Positions 46,643 through 53,823 of a stretch of 64,000 nucleotides of DNA are shown piece after piece (the stretch's first letter is position 1; every line of letters begins with the position of its first letter). Origin of the DNA: Candidatus Eiseniibacteriota bacterium (GTDB taxonomy: Bacteria > Eisenbacteria > RBG-16-71-46); assembly GCA_963744995.1 (NCBI GenBank), contig CAVUWA010000010.1, forward strand, positions 800,001 through 864,000, read 5' to 3'. The position numbers and the translations under genes are program-made. Below the pieces are notes generated by a model that saw nothing but the letters and a program-made list of their open reading frames with translations, did not search any database and was not told where the DNA came from.

Positions 46643-47248
46643 ATGCTGAAAGACAGAACGTGGGAAATCCTCGGGTTCATCCAGCGCTCGACGCGCGAGA
46701 AGGGCTTCCCGCCGACCATTCGCGAGATCGGTGAAGCCTTCGGGATCTCCTCGACGAATGGGGTTCGCTATCACCTGAGCCTGCTCGAGAAGGCCGGCCA
46801 CCTGAAGCGCAGGAGCAAGCTCTCGCGCGGCATTGAAGCGGGTGGCGGGGCCGCCGCGGCGCTGACCGGCATTCCGATTCTCGGCCGGGTCGCCGCCGGC
46901 CAGCCGATCCTGGCGGAAGAGAGCTACGACGGCTCGCTCGAGCTGCAGGACATGTTCGGCGATCCGAGCGGGATGTTCGCGCTGCGGGTGCGCGGTGACA
47001 GCATGATCGACGCCGGCATGCTCGACGGCGACTACGTGATCGTGCGGCGGCAGGATCGCGCCGATCCGGGTCAGATCGTGGTGGCCCTGGTGAACGACGA
47101 GGCCACGGTGAAGTACTACCGGCCACGCGGGCGGCGCGTGGAGCTCGAGCCCGCGAACGAGAAGTACCAGCCGATCGTGGTCACCGAGGACGTGGCGTTC
47201 GGCATCCTGGGCGTCGTGAAGGGAGTCGTTCGAACCGTCGGCCGCTGA
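46643..47248 (+). CDS. lexA: SOS repressor LexA
   Basis: GFPPTIREIG HTH, VAAGQP cleavage site, GDSM (Ser), ATVK (Lys); GGAGG RBS. Confidence 0.96.
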   Translation: MLKDRTWEILGFIQRSTREKGFPPTIREIGEAFGISSTNGVRYHLSLLEKAGHLKRRSKLSRGIEAGGGAAAALTGIPILGRVAAGQPILAEESYDGSLELQDMFGDPSGMFALRVRGDSMIDAGMLDGDYVIVRRQDRADPGQIVVALVNDEATVKYYRPRGRRVELEPANEKYQPIVVTEDVAFGILGVVKGVVRTVGR

Positions 47249-47284
47249 CGGCGCATCTCAAGGGCAGGTTGAATCCGCATCCCC

Positions 47285-47308
47285 CGGGAGCAGGTGCTCC
47301 CGTTTCTT
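47285..47308 (+). terminator. Probable intrinsic terminator after lexA
   Basis: CGGGAGCA-gg-TGCTCCCG followed by TTTCTT. Confidence 0.55.
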
Positions 47309-47320
47309 GGCAGCGAAAAC

Positions 47321-47334
47321 TGCACATTCGTTCA
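47321..47334. promoter_or_regulatory. Putative LexA box (one mismatch) upstream of the TnpA-like gene
   Basis: TGCAC-attc-GTTCA, 25 bp before the GTG start, in a locally AT-rich patch. Confidence 0.55.
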
Positions 47335-47359
47335 AACACTCCCCGCAGGAGGGTGGACC

Positions 47360-47818
47360 GTGAAGCAGGAATTGGCTCCCGAGGTGAGAGAAGCGCTGAT
47401 GGGTCGGTGGGAGCCCGTCTACCGCAGCCAGCTCCACTACCTGGTCACGTGGAGTACTCGGAACAGGCGACCCGTGCTCAAGGACCGTCACGTTCAGGCG
47501 CTGAAGCGGCTGATCGAGTCGCTGTGCGAAGAGCGTGGTTACAACCTGATCGAGGTCGCCGCGGGGTGGGACCACGTGCACATGCTGATCGCGCTGCGTC
47601 CCTCGCAGAGCATCGCCAGCGTCGTGCGCGAACTGAAGGGCAGTGCCGGCATGTCGCTGCTCGCCGAGTACCCGGAGCTGCGCGTGTGGCTGCGCGGCAA
47701 CCTGATCTGGGACGAGCGCTATGCCGTCGAGACCGTGAGCGCCGCGCGCATCGAGCGGATCGCGGAGCGGCTGAGAATGCAGCACGCCTCATCGGAGCAC
47801 CTCGCGCAGGCCAGCTAG
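47360..47818 (+). CDS. IS200/IS605-type Y1 (HUH) transposase homologue lacking the catalytic Tyr
   Basis: LHYLVTWSTRNRRPVL, DHVH (HUH), LKG, IWDERY, TVS. The helix reads IAERLRMQ where YIxxQ is expected. AGGAGG RBS; no tnpB adjacent. Confidence 0.85.
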   Translation: MKQELAPEVREALMGRWEPVYRSQLHYLVTWSTRNRRPVLKDRHVQALKRLIESLCEERGYNLIEVAAGWDHVHMLIALRPSQSIASVVRELKGSAGMSLLAEYPELRVWLRGNLIWDERYAVETVSAARIERIAERLRMQHASSEHLAQAS

Positions 47819-47840
47819 CTCCAACCGATGGGCAACAGCA

Positions 47841-47874
47841 GGGCCCGGCATTCCCTCGTGGAATGTCCGGGCCC
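47841..47874. repeat. Imperfect hairpin with a bulged T downstream of the TnpA-like gene (terminator or IS200-type end hairpin)
   Basis: GGGCCCGG-CATTCC-ctcgt-GGAATG-t-CCGGGCCC. Confidence 0.7.
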
Positions 47875-47967
47875 GAACTGTGTCCGCCCCGCGCGTGGCA
47901 CGGGCGAAGCCCTGCCGTGCGCGGTCCCGTCCGCTTCCGGAGCGCAGGGCTCGCGGAACGAGGGCCG

Positions 47968-48687
47968 CTACAGATTCGTGATGTTCAACGCCGTGGGCGT
48001 CCCGTTCAGCAGGTGCCCCGCGCGCTCGCGCTTGGTGGTGAGGTAGGCCTCGTTGAACGGGTTGGCCGGCATGACGTGCGAAATCCGGCCGGCGACGCGA
48101 ATTCCGTGGCGGCGCAGACCGTCGACCTTCGCCGGATTGTTGGTCATGAGTCGGATGCTGCGCACGCCCAGCGCTTCGAGCATCTCCGCCGCGACCCGGT
48201 AGTCGCGGGCGTCGTCGGGAAAGCCCAGCAGGCGATTCGCGTCGATGGTGTCGTGGCCCTGATCCTGAAGCGCATATGCGCGGATCTTGTTGGTGAGCCC
48301 GATGCCGCGCCCTTCCTGCCTGAGGTAGAGCACGATGCCTCGAGGCTCACCGCCGATGCGCTCGAGCGCCGCGATCAGCTGGTCGCGGCAGTCGCAGCGC
48401 AGCGAGCCGAGCACGTCGCCGGTGAGGCACTCGGAGTGCACGCGCGTCGGCACGCGCGACTTGCCGCGCACACCACCCTTCACGACCGCCAGGTGTTCCG
48501 CGCCGTTCTCGGCGGGGGTGAACGCCACCGCCCGGAAGCGGCCGAAGCGCGTGGGCAGCTCCGCCACGGACACGATGCGCAGCCGATCGCCGCTCGCGGA
48601 TCGCCCACCGGTCAGTCGAAGTGCGGGAACGGCCGCGCCCGGAATCTCCGGGGTGAAGTCACTGGAAGCCGGAAGGCCGACGCTCAT
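47968..48687 (-). CDS. ribA: GTP cyclohydrolase II (stand-alone)
   Basis: RVHSECLTGDVLGSLRCDC, QEGRGIGL, RLMTNNP, YLTTK..GH. Confidence 0.93.
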   Translation of the reverse strand: MSVGLPASSDFTPEIPGAAVPALRLTGGRSASGDRLRIVSVAELPTRFGRFRAVAFTPAENGAEHLAVVKGGVRGKSRVPTRVHSECLTGDVLGSLRCDCRDQLIAALERIGGEPRGIVLYLRQEGRGIGLTNKIRAYALQDQGHDTIDANRLLGFPDDARDYRVAAEMLEALGVRSIRLMTNNPAKVDGLRRHGIRVAGRISHVMPANPFNEAYLTTKRERAGHLLNGTPTALNITNL

Positions 48688-48883
48688 GGAATCCCCCTCG
48701 CCCGATGAAGTGAACGGACCTGTGGATGCGCTGCATCCGCGGCCGGTTCGGTGCATGGGGTTGGACGGGCCGCGGACTTTGCGGCGCACGGCGCGCCCCG
48801 GCCGGGACCGCCGAGAGCGGCCGCGCCGGGCGCTGGGCTTTGCGGCGCGGGCAGGAGGCGGACGGAGCGGACGCCCGGCGGGG

Positions 48884-48930
48884 CACCGGGACGCCGGGAC
48901 GCCGGGGCGCCGGGGCGCCGAGGCGCCGGA
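48884..48930. repeat. Intergenic 8-bp tandem repeat, about 6 copies (CGCCGGGR)
   Basis: caccggga cgccggga cgccgggg cgccgggg cgccgagg cgccgga. Confidence 0.8.
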
Positions 48931-48935
48931 CGCTT

Positions 48936-50240
48936 CTATAGTAGCTTGTGTCGCAACAGTTTATAGGTGTGGATGTCGGCGCCGCGCCGGAGGGTCAGGG
49001 TGACCGACGAGCCCGGCGGGCCTTCGAGCCGGCGAATGACGGAGGCGACGTCCAGCAGTCGTGCCGGCGTTCCCGCGAGCGCGACCAGCACGTCACCGAT
49101 GCGCATGCCCGCCGCCGCGGCGGGCGAGCCGCGCACCACCCCGGCCACGGTCAGCTCGCCACCCCGGCGTTCGATCTGGATGCCGATCTGCGAGTCGCGG
49201 TGCGGCCGGTGCTCCCAGCCCGCTGGAAGCGGATCGAGCCACAGCAGCTGGTTCACGTAGTCGATGCCCACCCGATAGCGGCCGAGGAATGAGTAACCGA
49301 TCAGCCCGTGCACAGGTCGATCCACGACGCTCGAAAGCGTTCTGCCGAGCGGGCCCCCGATGAGCGCGGTCTCGACGTGCGCTTCATCGATCGTTCCGTC
49401 GAGGCCGCGCAGCGAGACCAGCGGAACGTCGGCAACGCGGCCCTGCTCGTCGCCGAGCAGCGTCGGCGCGGTCAGCCCTTCCATGGCGCGCCAATCGTCC
49501 GCGTGGTGCACGACCCCGTCCATGGTCCCGCGAAACAGGACGCAGCGGGTGGCGCCGGTGTCGACGATCCAGGTGAGATCGCCGCTCGCACGGTCGGGGC
49601 GCGGATCCGCAACGGTTCCGTGGACGAGGATCTTGCCGTCGCCCGCGAGCTCGAAGGGGATCACCCGCGCGCAATCCGAGAACCACGGGTTGAGCGCCCG
49701 CCGCGAGGCCTCGAGCGATTCTTCACGGCCCTGCGGCACGGGTACGATGGTCATCTCCGCGCGCATGTAGTCGACGATGACCGCGCGTCCGGTGAGTGGC
49801 CGCTGGCCGAACAGGCCGAGGACGGACCGGTCGGTGGCGCGCCGCACGATGCTGCCATCGATGGTGAGCAGCGGCGTGACGTAGTCGATCTCGAGAGCGC
49901 CGACCTCGAGACGCGCAAGCGGCCGCTGCGCGAGGTCGACGCCGGGCCGGCCGGGCCCGTCCACGAGACCGAGACGGAGGGCCACCGGCCGATCGAGTGC
50001 GAGGTATCCCGCTCCGCTGTCCAGCGCCATGAGACCCGCGGTGTCCGCATCCGCCCCGTGCAGCGTGGCTCTGAACAACACCAGCCCTTCCAGGTTCTCG
50101 AAGCGTACGCGCGCGCCGCCATCGGGAAGCGGCGCCTCACTATATGGCGTAATGCATTGTGCGCAAACAAAATATGGAGTTACAATCAGGGCCAGGACGG
50201 CCACGCGGATGGCGAACCGGAGGGGAGATCGCATGGCCAT
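48936..50240 (-). CDS. Exported aspartyl protease (two retropepsin-like domains) with C-terminal PDZ
   Basis: ALDSGA and IVDTGA catalytic motifs, GLFG/GLIG..L, PDZ (GIQI, SPAAAAGMRIGD, GPPGSSVTL). Confidence 0.85.
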   Translation of the reverse strand: MAMRSPLRFAIRVAVLALIVTPYFVCAQCITPYSEAPLPDGGARVRFENLEGLVLFRATLHGADADTAGLMALDSGAGYLALDRPVALRLGLVDGPGRPGVDLAQRPLARLEVGALEIDYVTPLLTIDGSIVRRATDRSVLGLFGQRPLTGRAVIVDYMRAEMTIVPVPQGREESLEASRRALNPWFSDCARVIPFELAGDGKILVHGTVADPRPDRASGDLTWIVDTGATRCVLFRGTMDGVVHHADDWRAMEGLTAPTLLGDEQGRVADVPLVSLRGLDGTIDEAHVETALIGGPLGRTLSSVVDRPVHGLIGYSFLGRYRVGIDYVNQLLWLDPLPAGWEHRPHRDSQIGIQIERRGGELTVAGVVRGSPAAAAGMRIGDVLVALAGTPARLLDVASVIRRLEGPPGSSVTLTLRRGADIHTYKLLRHKLL

Positions 50241-50296
50241 CGGCTCGGCGAGTCCTTTCGCGAGGTGGCGTGGTGGGAAAAACCAACTCTCTCCGC

Positions 50297-50695
50297 TCAG
50301 CGCCCGAAGGTCGAGCCCATTTCCACGGCTTCGGAACCGGTCTCGAGCATCGTGCAGCGGCCGGTGAAGAAGACCCCCGGTTCCATGACGACGCTCATGG
50401 CGGCAACGTCGCCTTCCATGTGGGCGCCTGCCTTCATCTCGATCACGCCGAGCGCCCGCATGTTGCCGACCACACGCCCCTCGATCAGCGCTTCCTTGAC
50501 CTCGATGTCGGCGCGCATCACGCCATGCTCACCCACCTCGAGGCGCTCGCAGTTGAGGATGTCGCCTTCGAACTCACCCTCGATGCGCAGCGTTCCGGTG
50601 ATCATCAACGTGCCGCGCACATTGGACCCGACGCCGATGAGCGTGTTCGCCGGTTCGCGCCCTTCCTGGACTGGTGGCTTCGATTTGAACATCAT
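50297..50695 (-). CDS. Bactofilin (polymer-forming cytoskeletal protein)
   Basis: TLIGVGSNVRGTL, LRIEGEFEGDI, IEGRVVGN, MEGDV, EPGVFFTG. Confidence 0.9.
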   Translation of the reverse strand: MMFKSKPPVQEGREPANTLIGVGSNVRGTLMITGTLRIEGEFEGDILNCERLEVGEHGVMRADIEVKEALIEGRVVGNMRALGVIEMKAGAHMEGDVAAMSVVMEPGVFFTGRCTMLETGSEAVEMGSTFGR

Positions 50696-50759
50696 GCGGT
50701 CCCCCTCAAAGGGTCGAGCGAGTCAGCCTTGAACGATTCATGCACGGCCGGCCGAACGC

Positions 50760-51656
50760 CTACAGCACGGACCAGGCTTCGAGTAGTCGCTCGAGATCTT
50801 CCTGGCCGTAGTATTCGAATGTCACTTTCCCGCCCTTGCGGCCGGGGGCGATGCTGACGTGCGTTCCGAACTTCTGCTGCAGCTTGATTTCCCACTCACC
50901 CAGCCCCTCCAGCTTCTCGGTGCGCGGCCGCGAGTGATGCTTGCGCAGGCGGCGGCGGACATAGGACTCGGTGCGTCGCACCGAAAACCCCTTCGACGAC
51001 ACGTAGCGCGCCGCCGCGAGTTGATCTCCGCCGCTCTCCAGGCTGAGGAGTGCCCGGGCATGCCCGGACGAGAGTGTTCCACGTGAAACCATGTCCTGAA
51101 CTTCCACCGGAAGTCCAAGCAGACGAAGCGAATTGGTGATGGAGACACGGCCCTTTCCGACCCGTTCGGAGATCTGCTCGTGTGTGAGCCTGAGATCCAT
51201 CGTCAGGGTGCGGAACGCCTTGGCCTCATCGATCGGGTTCAGGTTCTCGCGCTGGATGTTCTCGACCAGCGCCAGCTCCACCATTTCGCGATCGCTGACC
51301 TCTCGGATGATTGCGGGGACACGCTCGAGAGCGGCCAGCGCAGCTGCGCGCAGGCGCCGCTCGCCGGCGATGAGCTGATAACCACCGGTCGGATCGGGTC
51401 GCAGCAGCAACGGCTGCAGCACCCCGGTCGCCCGGATCGAAGCGGCGAGCTCCGCCAGGCTCTCGTCGTCGAAGCGGGTCCGCGGCTGATGCGGATTGGG
51501 CCCGATCTCTTCGATCGGGATCATGACGGGCGCTCCGGTGCCCGGCTTCCGCTCGGCGGACGCCTGGGAAGGCTCCGTCGGCGCGGCCACCGCGCCCCCG
51601 GCACCCGGAATCAGGGCTTCAAGCCCCCTGCCGAGCGCTTTCCTCTGCATGCTCAA
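50760..51656 (-). CDS. parB: Chromosome partitioning protein ParB/Spo0J
   Basis: LGRGLEAL, PNPHQPR, IAGERRLRA, ENIQRENL, HTH, GHARALL. Start 51656 or 51650. Confidence 0.96.
   Translation of the reverse strand: MSMQRKALGRGLEALIPGAGGAVAAPTEPSQASAERKPGTGAPVMIPIEEIGPNPHQPRTRFDDESLAELAASIRATGVLQPLLLRPDPTGGYQLIAGERRLRAAALAALERVPAIIREVSDREMVELALVENIQRENLNPIDEAKAFRTLTMDLRLTHEQISERVGKGRVSITNSLRLLGLPVEVQDMVSRGTLSSGHARALLSLESGGDQLAAARYVSSKGFSVRRTESYVRRRLRKHHSRPRTEKLEGLGEWEIKLQQKFGTHVSIAPGRKGGKVTFEYYGQEDLERLLEAWSVL
51075..51090. other. parS site inside parB
   Basis: TGTTCCACGTGAAACC versus consensus TGTTNCACGTGAAACA; encodes (M)VSRGT in ParB. Confidence 0.85.
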
Positions 51657-52404
51657 GAACCTCCCGCGCCAGCTGCCGGTAGCTCTCGGCCCCGCTGGAA
51701 TGTGGATCGTAGAGAACGATGGGCTTGCCGAACGACGGCGCCTCGCTCAGGCGCACGTTCCTGGGTATTGAAGTCTTGTAGACTCTTTCCGCAAAGAACT
51801 TTCTTGCTTCGTCAGCAACCTGCTGAGAGAGATTGAGCCGGGCATCGAACATCGTGAGGAGCACACCCTCGATGCGCAGGCCGCGATTCAGATGATCCTG
51901 TACGAGCCGGATCGCCCCGATCAGCTGGGTCAGCCCCTCCAGGGCGAGGTACTCGCACTGCAGCGGGATCAACACCGAATCGGACGCCGTCAGTGCGTTG
52001 ATCGTCAACATGCTCAACGACGGCGGGCAGTCCACCAGGACGTAGTCGTACTCCTCGCGGACCGCTTCCAGACAGTGCTTGAGGCGCGTCTCGCGCGCCA
52101 TGACGCCGACCAGCTCCACTTCGGCGCCGGACAGCCGCTGTCCCGCAGGGACCAGGTCCAGGTTGGCCAGCGAGGTCGGCGTTATCGACTGGCGCAGATC
52201 CGCGTTGCCGAGCAGCGCTTCGTAGATCGTGACGGCCTTGTCGTTCCCGTTGATGCCGAGGCCGCTCGAGGCATTGCCCTGCGGATCGATGTCGATGAGG
52301 AGAACCCGTCGGTTCTCCTGCGCAATGCACGCGCCGAGATTGATCGCCGTGGTGGTCTTGCCGACGCCACCCTTCTGGCTGGCGATCGAAATGACTTTTC
52401 CCAT
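51619..52404 (-). CDS. parA: Chromosome partitioning ATPase ParA/Soj
   Basis: QKGGVGKTT, DIDPQGN, DCPPSL, QCEYLALEG, RLSEAPSFG. Confidence 0.97.
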   Translation of the reverse strand: MGKVISIASQKGGVGKTTTAINLGACIAQENRRVLLIDIDPQGNASSGLGINGNDKAVTIYEALLGNADLRQSITPTSLANLDLVPAGQRLSGAEVELVGVMARETRLKHCLEAVREEYDYVLVDCPPSLSMLTINALTASDSVLIPLQCEYLALEGLTQLIGAIRLVQDHLNRGLRIEGVLLTMFDARLNLSQQVADEARKFFAERVYKTSIPRNVRLSEAPSFGKPIVLYDPHSSGAESYRQLAREVLEHAEESARQGA

Positions 52405-52548
52405 ATCCCTATGCCATGCGGGGGCGGACTTCTTGCCCACCTGACTGAAGTAACGAGGTCTCGCGGAACGCGACCGTCGCGTGGCATCGGTGTGGGCCAC
52501 GCGACCGTCGCAAAGTATCAACGCGCCGATCGCGGAACAAGCGGGATT

Positions 52549-52564
52549 TGTTTCACGTGAAACG
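52549..52564. other. parS site between rsmG and parA
   Basis: TGTTTCACGTGAAACG, 15/16 to consensus, with a perfect 14-bp palindromic core. Confidence 0.92.
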
Positions 52565-52590
52565 CTGCCGCACGAATCAGCGTTACAACC

Positions 52591-53667
52591 TCAAATCTTT
52601 TCGAATACAACGACGGAAGTGGGCGTGTCCGGGAGCCGGATGGTGGTGCGCTCCCTCCATCCATCGCGCCAGGACGCATCCGCACGCATCTCATCCACGT
52701 GGCGCTCGCCCTTCCATAGATATGCGGCACCGCCTGATGCGACGAAACGCGAAGCCTGGTGCAGGGTCGGGACGAGATGCAGCGTCGCGCGGGAGGTCAC
52801 GCCGCGAACTTCCGGCGGCAGCGCCTCGCGCGCGAGAGACTCGATGCGGGCGCAGATCACGTCCACATTGTCGAGTCCCAACTCTTGCTTCACCTTCTGC
52901 AGAAACAGTGTCTTCATGCGGCGCGATTCGACCAGCGTCCAGGTCCGGCCGACGCCGACGAGTGCAAGCGGGATGGCGGGCAGTCCGCCGCCCGACCCGA
53001 TGTCGACCCAGTCGTCGATTCCGGCGCCCAGCAGCTCCGCAACGGGCCCGAGCGATTCACCGATATGCCGCTGGATCAATCGCCCTTCATCATTACGTGA
53101 CAACAGGTTAGAAACGCTTCGATTCCACTGGATCAACAGCTCGGCATAGCGGCGCAGACGACCGAGCGCCGGCGCGGGATCCACCCCGGCGGCCCGCAGC
53201 CGCTCGCCAAGGGGCTGCCAGGGCTGCCGATCGAGGATGCGCCCGATCGCTTCGGGCGTCACCCCGGGTCGCTTGAGCGTGGCTTTGCCCGCGGTTCGCG
53301 CCGCGCTGCGCGGCCGCCCGCGGGACGGGGCCGCGCCCGGGCGGGGCGTGCCGGGACGCGCGGGCGCCGAGCGGTCACGCGCACGTCCCGGGCCGCCGCG
53401 CGCGGGCGCTGCGCTTTCGCGCGAGCGCCCCGTCCCGCCGCGCGCGGGCCGCGTGCCCTCGCGCGAGCGACCCGTCCCTTCGCGCGCAGACCCCGAACGA
53501 TCGCGCGGCGGTCCGGATTCCTGGCGCGCGCGCCGCGGCGCGGAGCGGCCGGCGGCGGCGGCGGCGCCGGCGCGGACGCGCGGCGGTTCCGCACCGGATC
53601 GCCGCGCATCGTCGCGCCCGCGCGCCGGGCGTACGGAGCGGCCGGAGGATCGAGGAGGTTTCTTCAT
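52591..53667 (-). CDS. rsmG: 16S rRNA m7G527 methyltransferase RsmG with a long Arg-rich N-terminal extension
   Basis: WNRSVSNL, RHIGES, DIGSGGGLPAI, ES..K, RIE, TSRA, WKG; conserved position before parA. Start uncertain. Confidence 0.88.
   Translation of the reverse strand: MKKPPRSSGRSVRPARGRDDARRSGAEPPRVRAGAAAAAGRSAPRRARQESGPPRDRSGSAREGTGRSREGTRPARGGTGRSRESAAPARGGPGRARDRSAPARPGTPRPGAAPSRGRPRSAARTAGKATLKRPGVTPEAIGRILDRQPWQPLGERLRAAGVDPAPALGRLRRYAELLIQWNRSVSNLLSRNDEGRLIQRHIGESLGPVAELLGAGIDDWVDIGSGGGLPAIPLALVGVGRTWTLVESRRMKTLFLQKVKQELGLDNVDVICARIESLAREALPPEVRGVTSRATLHLVPTLHQASRFVASGGAAYLWKGERHVDEMRADASWRDGWRERTTIRLPDTPTSVVVFEKI
53362..53487 (-). repeat. Three degenerate 42-bp (14-aa) in-frame repeats in the RsmG extension
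   Basis: AREGTGRSREGTRP / ARGGTGRSRESAAP / ARGGPGRARDRSAP. Confidence 0.75.
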
Positions 53668-53823
53668 GCGGTCCGCACTGTAGCGGCGCGGCGCCTCCGC
53701 CACCAGCGGGCTCGTGCGGGGGGCGCGGCGGGGGTGCGCGATGCGGGGCGCCGCTGCACCGCGCCGGATGGAATCAGGCGCAGACCGGCCGCGCGTGCGC
53801 GCGCGGCCGCGGCGCGCGGCGCG

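Noticed and set aside
47285..47874. An active IS200/IS605 element or TnpB/omegaRNA system
   Set aside because: No tnpB or iscB ORF, the catalytic Tyr is absent, and the two flanking hairpins do not resemble each other. Reported instead as a possibly domesticated gene.
48884..48930. CRISPR array or similar spacer-repeat system
   Set aside because: An 8-bp tandem repeat with no spacers. No cas genes or regularly spaced 25-45 bp repeats were seen anywhere in the window.
48688..48935. FMN riboswitch upstream of ribA
   Set aside because: I could not find the conserved RFN segments; the region is GC-rich simple sequence.
53090..53105. Third parS site (TCATTACGTGACAACA region) in rsmG
   Set aside because: Only the ACGTGA core matches; the palindrome is broken.
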